This document shows, in pieces, positions 9,301 to 23,383 of a stretch of DNA of 64,000 nt. The notes below the pieces were generated by a model, which was given only the letters and a program-made list of their open reading frames with translations, was not told the origin of the DNA and searched no databases. The DNA comes from Polyangiales bacterium (GTDB lineage Bacteria; Myxococcota_A; Polyangia; Polyangiales; Ga0077539), in the NCBI GenBank assembly GCA_046351535.1, contig JAXLYG010000005.1:357334-421333 (forward strand). The letters run 5' to 3'. The position numbers were made by a program, and so were the translations under genes. Position 1 is the stretch's first letter. Every line of letters starts with the position of its first letter.

Positions 9301-11109
9301 ACGCCCCTCCAGGCCAGAGCGCGAGCTTCACGACGGCGGACTCCACGGCGCTCGACGCGGTCTGTCCGAGGCCGCAGATCGACGCGTCGCGCATGCACGC
9401 GGAGAGCTCTCGCAGCAGCGCGAGGTCTGTGTCTCGCTGCGCGCGTCGATCGGGGCGCGCGAGGCGCTCGATGAGCTCGTGCTGGCGCACGGTGCCCACG
9501 CGACAGGGCGTGCACTGGCCGCACGACTCCTCGCGGAAGAAGCGCGCGATGCGCGCGAGCACGGGGCCGATGGAGACCGAATCGTCGAGCACGAGCACCA
9601 CGCCCGAGCCCAGCGTCGTGCCGCGCGCGCGCGCGTCTTCGAGGGTGAGCGGCATGTCGAGGTGCTCGGCCGTGACGAAGGTGCCCGCGGCGCCGCCGAG
9701 CAGGATCGCCTGCAGCGAGCGGCCCTCGCGGAGCCCGCCCGCGGCCTCGACGAGCGCGCCGAGCGTGACGCCGAAGGGCAGCTCGTACACGCCCGGCGCG
9801 CGCACGCCGAGACGCAGAAGAGCCTCGTGCCGGGCGATCCCTTCGTGCCGAGCGCGCGGTACGCGGCGGCGCCCTCGCGCACGATGACGGGCACGTTGAG
9901 CAGCGTCTCGACGTTGTGAATGAGCGTCGGCTGACCGAAGAGGCCTTCGTCGACGGGAAAGGGCGGCTTCGTCCGGGGCTCTCCGCGGTAGCCCTCGATG
10001 GAGTTGAGCAGCGCCGTCTCTTCGCCGCAGATGTACGCGCCCGCGCCGATCCTGAGGTCGATGTCGAAGCGCGCGCCGCGCCCCATCACGTCGTCGCCGA
10101 GGAGGCCCATCGACCGCGCCTGCGCGATGGCGTTCGCGAGGCGCTCGCGGGCCAGCGGGTACTCGCCGCGGAGGTAGATCCAGCCCTTCTCGGCGCCGAC
10201 GGTGACGCCCGCGAGGGTCATCGCTTCGACGAGCGCGAAGGGGTCGCCTTCGAGGAGCGCGCGGTCTTTGAACGTCCCGGGTTCAGACTCGTCGGCGTTG
10301 CAGACGACGTGCTTCACGCGGCCCGCGGCCTTCGCCACGGCCATCCACTTTCGCCCCGCGGGAAAGGCCGCGCCGCCGCGTCCCGAGAGCCCCGACTCGT
10401 CGAGCTCGCGCATCACCCACGCGGCGCCGACCTCGAATGCTCGACGGAGCGCCGCATAGCCGCCGTGCGCGCGGTACGCGTCGAGGCTCTGCGGGTCGAC
10501 CTCGCCCACGCGCGCGAGGAGCCTCACCGCGGAGCGATCGGTCTGCGGCGTCGGCGCGCGCTCGGGGATCGCGACGTGACGCGTTCGAAGCGCCGCGCGC
10601 ACCGACGCTTCGGTGGCGTGACCGAAGCTGCGTTCGAAGGGGCTCTCGCCCGCGGAGACGAGCATCGCCGCGGGCGCCTGCTCGCACATCCCGAGGCACG
10701 GCGAGCGGTGCCAGGTCGTCGCGGGGTCGTCGTGTGACGGCGCGCCGTGGTGTCCGACGGAGCGTTCGAGCGCGTGGCAGAGGTCCTCTGCGCCCGCGGC
10801 GAGGCAGGCGACGTCGTCGCAGACGTGCGCCACGACGGGGGGGCGCTCGGCGAGCGCGAAGAGCGCGTAGAAGCTCGCCACGCCGTAGGCCTCCGCGGGC
10901 GGAACGTGGAGCTTCTGGCACGCGTAGCCGAGGGCGCTCGGAGAGATCCACCCGAAGCGCCCTTGAATGGCGTGGAGCGTCGGGAGGAGGAGGTGACGGC
11001 GTGCGCGCGCGCTTCGAAGCGAGACGCGGTCATCGAGGGGGCCGAGCGAGGCGTCGATGAGGGCGCGCTCGTCGTCGGTGGCTTCGGTTGCGATGGGGCG
11101 GAGGTCCAC
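9110..11109 (-). pseudogene. NuoE-NuoF fusion (HoxF/FdsGB-like NAD(H)-binding diaphorase subunit) with an apparent frameshift near 9805-9840
   Basis: NuoE-like 2Fe-2S region, then NuoF motifs (GRGGAAFPAGRKW, CNADESEPGTFKDR, GAGAYICGEETALLNS...). Frame breaks after GTRLFCVS and resumes in ORF 9110..9805 with RAPGVYELPFGV...ESCGQCTPCRVG...ICGLGQTA. The C-terminus reads into the REP cluster. Confidence 0.7.
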
Positions 11110-11133
11110 GGGGGGCGCTTCTGCGGGTGTGAG

Positions 11134-13047
11134 TCAGACGGCGGTTGCAGACGCTTCGGAGGCGGCGCGCTCGACGCGAACGGCGGCGGCCTTGAACTCC
11201 GCGGTGCCCGAGCGGGGGTCCGTCGCGTCGATCGTGAGCGCGTTCGTGTCGACCTCGTCGGGAAAGTGAAAGGTCATGAACACGAGCCCGTCGCGCAGCC
11301 CGTGATCGACGCGGAGGGGCGCGACCACGGAGCCTCTGCGAGAGACGACGCGCACGCGCTCTCCGTCACGGAGGCCGAGGCGCTTCGCGTCGCCGGGAGA
11401 CATGTCGACGGTCTCGCCGCGACGGAGCGGAGACGAGAGCGCCGCGGTCTGCACGCCGGTGTTGTACGAGTCGAGCCGACGGCCCGTCGTGAGCGTGAGG
11501 GGGAACTCCGGCGAGAGGTGCTCCACGGGGCCCTCGTTGAGCACCACGGAGAACGGCGCCGCGGGGCCCACCCTCGGCTCGGCCCAGAGCCGCGCGTGAA
11601 GGAAGGGCGTCCCCGGGTGCGTCTCGTCGGGGCACGGCCACTGGATCCCGCCGAGCTCCTCGAGCCGCGCGTAGCTCATCCCGTGGTGCATGGGGCTCAG
11701 CGATCGCATCTCGTCCCAGAGCGCTTCGGGCGATGCCGGTCCGAGGTCGCGCCCCATCCTCCGCGCGATCTCCGCGATGATCGTGACGTCGTCCTTCGCG
11801 CTCCCCGGCGGACGCATCGCGGCCCTGACCCGTTGCACCCTGCGCTCGGAGTTGGTGACCGTCCCCTCGCTCTCGCTCCAGCTCGACGAAGCCGGGAGCA
11901 CGACGTGGGCGAGCTCCGCGGTGGCCGTTCGAAACACGTCTTGCACGACGACGAAATCGACGCCGCCGATGAGCCGCCGCGCGCGGTGCCCGTCGGCCTC
12001 GCTCTGCGCGGGGTTCTCGCCGATGATGTAGAGCGCGCGCATCTCGCCGCGCTCCATCGCGTGGAACATCTCCGTGAGGTGCCAGCCCTTCTTCGGCGGG
12101 ATGGTGCAGCCCCAGAGCGCGCCGTAGCGGCCGCGCACGGCGTCATCTTCGACGTCTTGAAAGCCAGGGAGCTTGTGCGGGAGCGCGCCCATGTCTCCGC
12201 CGCCCTGGACGTTGTTCTGTCCGCGCAGGGGGTTGAGCCCCGCGCCCCAGCGCCCGACGTTCCCCGTGGCGAGGCCGAGGTTGATGAGCGAGAGCACGTT
12301 GTCGACGGCGTTGTGGTGCTCGGTGATCCCGAGCGTCCAGCAGATCATCGCGCGGTCGGCCTTCGCGTACTCCCGCGCCATGCGCGTGATGAGCTCCCGC
12401 GGGACCCCCGTCACCTGCTCGGCGCGCTCCAGCGTCCACGGGAGCACCGAGGCCCGCCACGCTTCGAAGCCCACCGTCGCGTTACGGATGAAGCTCTCTC
12501 GCACCAGGCCCTCGGTCACGATCACGCGACCCACCGCGCACGCGAGCGCGATGTCGCTGCCCACCCGCAGCGGGAGCCACCCCTCGGCCCAGCGCGCCGA
12601 CGAGGTCTCCCGCGGATCGACGACGTAGAGCCTCGCGCCGCGGTGCACCGCCTTGAGCACGTGGTGAAAGAAGATGGGGTGCGTCTCGCGGGCGTTGGAG
12701 CCCCAGAGGATCACCACGTCGGTGTCCTCGACCTCGCGGTACGAGCTCGTGCTCCCGCCCGCTCCGAATACCGTCGCCAGACCGACGACGCTCGGGGCGT
12801 GTCAGGTTCTGTTGCAACTGTCGATGTTGTTGCTGCCCATCACCGCGCGGGTGAACTTCTGCGCGAGGTAGTTCACCTCGTTGGTCGCCTTCGAACAGCT
12901 GAACACCCCGAAGGCGTTGCCGCCGTGATTGTCGCGCGCCGCGCGAAAGCCCTCGGCGACGCGCGTGAGGGCCTCGTCCCAGGTCGCGGGTCGAAGCGCG
13001 CCGTCGGCGTCGCGAACGAGGGGCTCGGTGATGCGTGCGAGGGTCAT
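11134..13047 (-). CDS. fdhA: Formate dehydrogenase catalytic (molybdopterin) subunit, selenocysteine-containing (in-frame TGA near 12802-12804)
   Basis: Two ORFs (12802..13047 and 11134..12717) joined by TGA in the conserved motif NIDSCNRT-U-HAPSVVGLATVFG (compare E. coli FdhF CARV-U-HGPSVAGL). Molybdopterin oxidoreductase motifs follow. Strong AAGGAG RBS before the ATG at 13047. Confidence 0.85.
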
Positions 13048-13352
13048 GGAGGCTCCTTCGAGGGGCGATCCTACACCCGCGCAAAGCCCTGAAAAGAAGC
13101 GATTCCCTGACGCGGCAGGTCAACCCGTGACGCGACCCTCTCGGACCCATCGGAGGGACCCGACGCCCCCGGCGACCCGCGTGACATCCGCCAGAAGGGC
13201 TCGAACCCCACCATGAAAGGGGCGTATCGTGCGCGGGCGGCGCTTCGTGCGTGAACACGGAGCGCGCGGTGGCGGGCACATCAACGCACGGCTTTCTCTG
13301 TGAAACGGTCCCGATCTTGCGAACGATCGCGCCCCGCAAGGAGAGGTTCCCG

Positions 13353-16045
<2,693 letters not shown>

Positions 16046-16049
<4 letters not shown>

Positions 16050-16672
16050 CCGACGAGGGACCGAAGCTCAACGGTCCCGATCGCTACCGCAAGCGCTCGC
16101 CGCGCCTCGTTCTCGAGGAGCACTCGCACTGCGAGGTGCCGGCGGGCTGCGGCGGCGTGGTCCTCCGCTGGATCAACGCCGACCGCGAAATCACCGTACA
16201 GATAAGGCTCTACGCGACGGTCGAGGGCGCGACGCTCACGATCGACGGCGCCGCGCCGTCGAGCTCGCGCATGCTCCTCGCGCGGGGCGATCACGTGCTC
16301 GCCATCCACGCGCGCGGCGGCGCGGTGATGTGCAGCGTGCGCTTCGAAGAGAAGGGCTACGACCGCCGCGTGTCGCGCGCGACGGGCCTCACCTTCGCGT
16401 GCGACTCCGCCGACGATGGGACCTGGCGCGCGACCGCGGAGCCGCCCGACGGGTCACGCTGGCGCGACGATCCCTTCGACGACGCGTCGTGGGCGGTCGC
16501 GCGCGCCGTGACGATCGCCGCGCCGCCCGAGCGCGACGCCGCGGCGTGGCACCACCGCAACCTCACGAACGACGGCGTGATCGCGATCGGCATCCCCGAC
16601 CACGACGGGGCGTTCTGGCTGCGAAAGCGCTTCCGCATCCCCCTCGTGGGCGAGCCCGGAGGGGGCGCGTGA
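16046..16672 (+). CDS. Hypothetical protein (208 aa, beta-rich, 5 Cys), translationally coupled to ppdK
   Basis: GTG start overlapping the ppdK stop (GTGA). Balanced composition compared with other frames. No recognisable domain. Confidence 0.45.
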
Positions 16673-17820
16673 CCGACCTCGAAGACCTCGCGTGGGTGCT
16701 CTCCGTCGACGCGCTCGACCGCTCGTGGCGCGAGCTCATGGAGGCGGGTGTGATCTTCGAGGCCGCGGGCGAGCTGCGCCTCGCGGCGAGCGCCTACGAC
16801 CTCGCGTACGGGGCCGCGCCCGACGAGGCCATCGTGGTCGCCGCGCGGCGTCGCGTGCTCGATCAGCTCGTGGTGCGAGAGCACGGGCTGGTGTTCCGCT
16901 ACGTGCCCGCGGGCGCCTTCGTGATGGGCAACGACGAGGGCGAGCCCGACGAGCGACCGGCGCACCGCGTCACGCTCGGCGGCTTCTGGATCACCGACGT
17001 GCCCATCACGTGGGCCGCGTACTGTCGGCTCATGGGCTGGGCGTCGCCGCCTGACGGCGTACCGCCCGAGATCGCCGAGCGCGAGACCGCGACGAGGGAC
17101 GACGACGACGCCTTCGACCGCGCCGCGTTCAGCCTCTACGAGGACAACAAGATCCGCTTGCAGTACTGCGAGTCGCACACGACGGGCGCCGCCGACTGGC
17201 ACGCGCACCTCGCGATCACGCCCGAGAGCGGGCTGCGCGACCTCTTTCCCGAGCCTCCGAGAGACGACGTCGAGGCCCCCGAGAGCTGGGATGACAAGCC
17301 CATGGTCGCCGTGGGCTGGTACGACGCCGAGGCGCTCACCGAGCACCTCTCGACCTCCGACGTTCACTACTGGCTCCCCTCGGAGGCCGAGTGGGAGAAG
17401 GCCGCGCGCGGCGGACTCCGCGGCTGCCTCTACCCCTGGGGAGCGGAGCCTCCGAGCGCGGCGCGGTGTGATTTCGGCGCGCTCGAGCGCGTGTCGATCA
17501 ACGTGCCGCGCGCCTACGCGCCCAACGGCTACGGCCTCCACGCGATGGTCGGCACCGTGTGGGAGTGGACCCACGACTGGTACGACGCCGACGCCTACGA
17601 ACACGCCACGGAGAGCGACCCCGAGGGCCCGCCCGACGGCCAGCAGAAGGTGCTCCGCGGCGGCTCGTGGACCGACTGCGAAGACGTGTGCACCGTGACC
17701 TGGCGCATGGGCCTCGCGCCCTCGACCTGGCGCGACGGACGCGGCGATCACAGCAACCCCAACATCGGCTTTCGCATCGTGCGTCACGACACGCGCGCGC
17801 ACGGCGTCGAGCGTCCGTGA
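16669..17820 (+). CDS. Formylglycine-generating enzyme (FGE/SUMF1) family protein
   Basis: Motifs GGFWITDVPITWAAY, WLPSEAEWEKAARGG, GTVWEWTHDWYD, VLRGGSW, with a C-terminal Cys pair CEDVC. GTG start overlaps the upstream stop. Confidence 0.8.
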   Translation: MTDLEDLAWVLSVDALDRSWRELMEAGVIFEAAGELRLAASAYDLAYGAAPDEAIVVAARRRVLDQLVVREHGLVFRYVPAGAFVMGNDEGEPDERPAHRVTLGGFWITDVPITWAAYCRLMGWASPPDGVPPEIAERETATRDDDDAFDRAAFSLYEDNKIRLQYCESHTTGAADWHAHLAITPESGLRDLFPEPPRDDVEAPESWDDKPMVAVGWYDAEALTEHLSTSDVHYWLPSEAEWEKAARGGLRGCLYPWGAEPPSAARCDFGALERVSINVPRAYAPNGYGLHAMVGTVWEWTHDWYDADAYEHATESDPEGPPDGQQKVLRGGSWTDCEDVCTVTWRMGLAPSTWRDGRGDHSNPNIGFRIVRHDTRAHGVERP

Positions 17821-19115
17821 GCGCGCGTCCGCCGCTGGTGCTCGTCGCGCAGCACTTCGGCGCGACGGTCTTCGATCGGCGCACCTCGCGCTACGCGCCC
17901 TTCGATCACGAGGGGGCGAGGCTCCTCCGAGAGACGCTCGAAAAGCCCTTCTACGCGGTCATTTCGGCGTGCGAAGACCCCGACGATCGCGCCGCCGTGA
18001 CGGACTTCTTCGAAGACCTCGAGGCGCGCGGCTACTTCGATCTGCAAGGTCGCCTCGCGGGCGTCGCGCTCGACGTGAGAGACGTTCCGCCCGATCACCT
18101 CGTGGGGCCGCTCGCGGTGCATCAGGAGGTGGTCGCCGCGTGCAACCTCACCTGCGCGCACTGCTTCGCGGGGGAGCTCCCGCGCCGCGCGTCGCCCCTC
18201 ACGCTCTCGGAGCTCGACGCGCTCTTCGCCGACCTCGCCGCGCTCGGCAGCTTTCGCCTCGGAATCACGGGCGGCGAGCCGCTCTTACGGAAGGACTTAT
18301 TCGAAGTCCTCGACGCCGCGACGGCGCGCGGTCTGCACCCCTGCGTGACGACCAACGCGCTGCTCATCGACGACCGCATCGCGCGGGAGTTCGGCCGTCG
18401 CGAGCTCGTGTGGCTCAACGTGAGCCTCGACGGCGCCACGGCCGCGAGCAACGACCGCGTGCGCGGTCAGGGCGTCTTCGATCGCGTGCGGGAGCGCCTC
18501 GTCACGCTCGGCCGTCACGCGCGCTTCACGCTGGCCTTCACGGTGATGCGCCACAACGCCGCCGAGGTCGAAGACTGCGCGCGCCTCGCGGCCGAGGTGG
18601 GCGCGCACACGGCCGTGTTCCGTCCGCTCTACCCCGTGGGCGTCGCGCGCGAGCACCCCGAGCTCATGCCCTCATTCGAAGACTACGCCGGCGCGCTCAC
18701 GCGCCTCTCGTCGATGACCGCGCTCGACCTCGGGGAGCACGACCTCCGCGCGGTCGATCCCTTCAGCCCCACGAGTCGTGACGCGGGGCGCGCGACGGCG
18801 GTCGATGACCTCGCGTGCGGCGCCGGCGCGACGGTGTGCTCGGTGTCGGTCTCGGGCGACGTGAACCCGTGCAGCTTTCTCGGCGACGATTTCGTCGCGG
18901 GCAACGTGCGAGCGCGCCCCTTCGCGACGATCTGGCGCGCGTCCGAGACGATGCGTCGGATGCGCGTCCCCTCCGCCGGACAGCACGGCTGCAGGGCCCG
19001 CTCGCTCGCCTTCGCGGGCGACGTCGACGCGCCCGATCCGTGGGTGACCGACGGCGCCGCGCACCCCGAGGCGATGCACCCGCTCGTGGTGCTGCGCACC
19101 TCTCCCCGCCGCTGA
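17817..19115 (+). CDS. Radical SAM/SPASM-domain enzyme with N-terminal PqqD-like RRE domain (peptide/protein maturase-like)
   Basis: CNLTCAHCF (CxxxCxxC) at about residue 110. C-terminal SPASM Cys cluster CGAGATVCSVSVSGDVNPCSF. N-terminal ~100 aa resemble PqqD/RRE (RYAPFDHEGARLLRETL...DFFEDLEARGYF). GTG overlaps the FGE stop. Confidence 0.8.
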   Translation: MSARPPLVLVAQHFGATVFDRRTSRYAPFDHEGARLLRETLEKPFYAVISACEDPDDRAAVTDFFEDLEARGYFDLQGRLAGVALDVRDVPPDHLVGPLAVHQEVVAACNLTCAHCFAGELPRRASPLTLSELDALFADLAALGSFRLGITGGEPLLRKDLFEVLDAATARGLHPCVTTNALLIDDRIAREFGRRELVWLNVSLDGATAASNDRVRGQGVFDRVRERLVTLGRHARFTLAFTVMRHNAAEVEDCARLAAEVGAHTAVFRPLYPVGVAREHPELMPSFEDYAGALTRLSSMTALDLGEHDLRAVDPFSPTSRDAGRATAVDDLACGAGATVCSVSVSGDVNPCSFLGDDFVAGNVRARPFATIWRASETMRRMRVPSAGQHGCRARSLAFAGDVDAPDPWVTDGAAHPEAMHPLVVLRTSPRR

Positions 19116-19184
19116 TTCCGCGGATGCGAACGGGGGCGCGGGGGCGCGCCACGCGGAGGCCCCGCCCGCGCTCGCGGATCATAC

Positions 19185-19235
19185 TTGCATCCATCCGTAT
19201 GAACGGATATAAGACTCCCTGCATGGATGCACCGC
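19185..19235. promoter_or_regulatory. Palindromic operator-like site (atccgtatgaacggat, nested in gcatccat...atggatgc) at the start of the ArsR-family gene
   Basis: Perfect 16-bp palindrome seen directly, overlapping the ATG of the ArsR-HTH gene. Typical autoregulatory ArsR/SmtB operator arrangement. Confidence 0.4.
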
Positions 19236-20277
19236 CGACCGAGAGCGCCGCGCCGCGAGGCCGCTGGGAGCTGTACCGGCTCCTCGCGGAGCCCTCGCGC
19301 CTGCGGCTGATGGCGCTCGCGGGCGAAGACGAGCTCGCCGTCGGGGAGCTCGCGGAGCTTCTCGGCGAGGTGCAGCCCACGGTCTCGCGGCACGTCGCGG
19401 CGCTCCGTCAGGCGGGCGTCGTGGGCGTGCGTCGGCAGGGGACGTGGACGCTCGTGCGGCTCTCGGCGACGGCGCACGACGACGCCGTGGTGGCCGACGC
19501 GCTCGCGACGGGGCGTTCGCTCTGTGAGCGCGACGGGAGCCTCACGCGCGTGGCCGAGGTGATCCGCGCGCGGGAGAGCACCACGCGGGAGTTCTTCTCT
19601 CGTCCGGGGCGCAACGGGGCGCAGCCCGGTCCGCCGTCGGAGCTCGCGGCCTACCTCGCCGCGGTGGCGCCGCTGCTCCCCGATCGCGCGCTCGCGGTCG
19701 ACGCGGGGACGGGCGACGGGCGTCTGCTCGAAGTGCTCGCGCCGCTCTATGAGCGCGTGGTGGCGGTCGATCGCTCGGCGGCGCAACTCGCCATCGCGGC
19801 CGATCGCGTGGCGCAGCGCGGCTTCGAGAACGTCGACCTCATCGAGGACGAGCTCGACGGCGCGAAGGTGCAGCGCGCGGTGCGGCAGCGGTCGAAGCGC
19901 GGCGCCGACGCGGTGTTCGCGGCGAGGGTGCTCCACCACGCGCCGAGGCCCGCGGAGACGCTCAAGGCCATCGCGTCGCTGGCCCGTCCGGGCGGCGCGA
20001 TCACGGTGATCGACTACGAGCGCCACGAGGACGAGGCCCTGCGCGCGCAGCAGGCCGACCTCTGGCTCGGCTTCGAAGCGACGGAGCTCCGCAGGGCGGC
20101 GCGCGACGCGGGGCTCGAAGAGATCCACTTCACGAAGGTGCCGGCGCTGTGGTGCGGAGGCGGCGTCGACCGCCACGTCCCCTGGGCCGTGATGACCGCG
20201 AGGGCGCCCGAGGCGACCCCCGCGAGCGATGACAGCAAGGCCGCGCCGAAGGGGCGCGCACACAACGGAGCGAAGCG

Positions 20278-20281
<4 letters not shown>
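19223..20281 (+). CDS. ArsR-family HTH regulator fused to a class I SAM-dependent methyltransferase domain
   Basis: ArsR wHTH ([41 protein letters not shown]). MTase motif [16 protein letters not shown]. Stop overlaps the ahcY ATG. Confidence 0.8.
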
Positions 20282-21600
<1,319 letters not shown>

Positions 21601-21616
21601 GCGACACCGTTTCGTA

Positions 21617-21668
21617 CACCCTCCGCGCAACCCCGAGCACCGTCGGGGGCTCCGCGCGGAGGGTGATT
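21617..21668 (+). terminator. Stem-loop downstream of ahcY (12-bp stem caccctccgcgc/gcgcggagggtg with nested hairpin)
   Basis: Perfect inverted repeat 17 nt after the ahcY stop. Likely intrinsic terminator-like structure. Confidence 0.35.
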
Positions 21669-21742
21669 CGTCGCTCCGTCCACGCTGTTCGATTGCGTGG
21701 TGCTTGCAGAAGCGACACCGAAAGTCGCACAATCGCGACCCT

Positions 21743-23374
21743 ATGATGAAAGGGGACGGTACCCCCCTCCAGGAGAGCCCGCCGTCGCTCGGTGGCGTGC
21801 GGGTCGGGCTACAGCTCGGGCGCTATGAGCTGCTCCATGAGATCGCCACGGGCGGCATGGCCACGGTGTATCTCGCGAGGGCGCGCAGCGTCGCGGGCTT
21901 CGAGCGCGTCGTCGCGATCAAGGTGTGCCACCCCCACCTGCGCCACGAGGAGGAGTTCTCGTCGATGTTCCTCGACGAGGCCCGGCTGGCGGCGAGGATC
22001 CACCACCCCAACGTGGTGAGCACCCTCGACGTCGGCGAGGCCGAGCAGCTCTACCTCGTGATGGAGTACATCGAGGGAGACCGCATCTCGGGGCTCATCA
22101 AGGCCGCGGCGCGTCGGGGCGAGCGCGTGCCCGTGCCCATCACCCTGCGCATCATGATCGACGTGCTCTCGGGCCTCCACGCGGCCCACGAGCTGAAAGA
22201 TCACCAGGGCCATCCGCTCAACATCGTCCACCGCGACGTGTCTCCGCAGAACATCCTCGTCGGCGTCGACGGGGTGACGCGCATCACCGACTTCGGCATC
22301 GCGAAGGCCGAGGCCCGCCTCACCGTCACCCGCGAGGGACAGGTGAAGGGCAAGATGTCGTACATGGCGCCCGAGCAGCTCTCGTCGACGAACGTCAACC
22401 GACGCGCCGACGTGTACGCCGCGGGCGTCGTGCTCTGGGAGGCCCTCACGGGCCGTCGCCTCTTTCGCGCCGACACCGAGGCCGAGACGCTCAACCTCGT
22501 GCTCCACGGCGTCGTGCTCGCGCCCTCGACGGTGGCCCCCGAGATCGTGCCCGAGGTCGACGCGGTGCTTCGCAAGGCCCTCGAGCGCGACCCCGACAAG
22601 CGCTTTCAGTCTGCGGCGGAGTTCGCCGACGCGCTCGAGAACCTCGACGTGCTCAAGGTCGCCACGACGCGCGCCGTGGCCGCGTACATCTGCGAGCTCC
22701 TCGCCGAGCCCATCCAGAAGCGCCGCGAGCTCGTCCGCAAGTTCAGCGAGGGCGCGCCGTTGCCCCTGCCCGTCGAGCACTCCGGCGTGCGCGCGACCTC
22801 GGACATCCAGAACCCCTTCGCCCACGGCGGATCGACGCGGACCAACGTCCCGCCGCTCCCCGGCGCGCTCTCGGCGCCGATGCTCCCGACGCCCGTCGCG
22901 GGCGACGCCTCGGTGCTCGAGATCGAGCCCGAAGACCCCACGTCGTCAAGGGCCCTACGCCGCCGCGGCCGCCGTGCTCCTGCTCCTCGTCGTCGACGCC
23001 CGGGAGCGCGACGCGATGCGCAACGGCCGCGCACCTCGGTGAACGCGCCGCCGCCGGGCACCAACGCGGTGCTTCGCGCGGCCCCGCCGACGCCTGCGCC
23101 GCCGACACCCGCGCCGCCCGTGGCGCAGCCCGCGCCAGAGACGCAGCCCGCGGTCGTGGCGCAGCCCGCGCCCGAGACGCAGCCCGCGGTCGTCGCCGAG
23201 ACGCAGCCCGCGCAGACCGACGACCAGGCGCAGCCGCGCGGACATCACCCGCCGCGCGCCCCGCGCGCCCCGCGGGCCCCGCGCGTCGGCGCCGGTCACG
23301 CAGAGACGACCCCCGCGCTCCCGCCCGCGCAGCCCCAGCAGGGCGGCGGAGAGTTTCGCCCGAGCGGGATCTGA
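21743..23374 (+). CDS. Ser/Thr protein kinase with Pro/Ala-rich repetitive C-terminal tail
   Basis: Hanks kinase motifs: GGMATVY, VAIK, HRDVSPQNILVG, DFGIAK, SYMAPE. C-terminal PAPPTPAPPVAQPAPETQPAVVAQPAPETQPAVV repeats. Confidence 0.85.
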   Translation: MMKGDGTPLQESPPSLGGVRVGLQLGRYELLHEIATGGMATVYLARARSVAGFERVVAIKVCHPHLRHEEEFSSMFLDEARLAARIHHPNVVSTLDVGEAEQLYLVMEYIEGDRISGLIKAAARRGERVPVPITLRIMIDVLSGLHAAHELKDHQGHPLNIVHRDVSPQNILVGVDGVTRITDFGIAKAEARLTVTREGQVKGKMSYMAPEQLSSTNVNRRADVYAAGVVLWEALTGRRLFRADTEAETLNLVLHGVVLAPSTVAPEIVPEVDAVLRKALERDPDKRFQSAAEFADALENLDVLKVATTRAVAAYICELLAEPIQKRRELVRKFSEGAPLPLPVEHSGVRATSDIQNPFAHGGSTRTNVPPLPGALSAPMLPTPVAGDASVLEIEPEDPTSSRALRRRGRRAPAPRRRRPGARRDAQRPRTSVNAPPPGTNAVLRAAPPTPAPPTPAPPVAQPAPETQPAVVAQPAPETQPAVVAETQPAQTDDQAQPRGHHPPRAPRAPRAPRVGAGHAETTPALPPAQPQQGGGEFRPSGI

Positions 23375-23383
23375 GAACCCACG

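Noticed and set aside
9328-9805. Possibility of programmed ribosomal frameshifting in the NuoF-like gene
   Set aside because: No slippery heptamer or stimulatory structure noticed at the junction. A simple indel or sequencing error in a GC run is more parsimonious, especially with a second frameshift elsewhere in the window.
10747-13092. 781-aa plus-strand ORF over fdhA
   Set aside because: fdhA motifs (including the Sec site) are on the minus strand. The plus frame is Arg/Gly/Glu-rich.
16330-16668. Upstream extension of the FGE ORF to 16330
   Set aside because: The extended N-terminus is Arg-rich and overlaps the better-looking 208-aa gene in another frame. The GTG at 16669 overlapping the upstream stop is the more plausible start.
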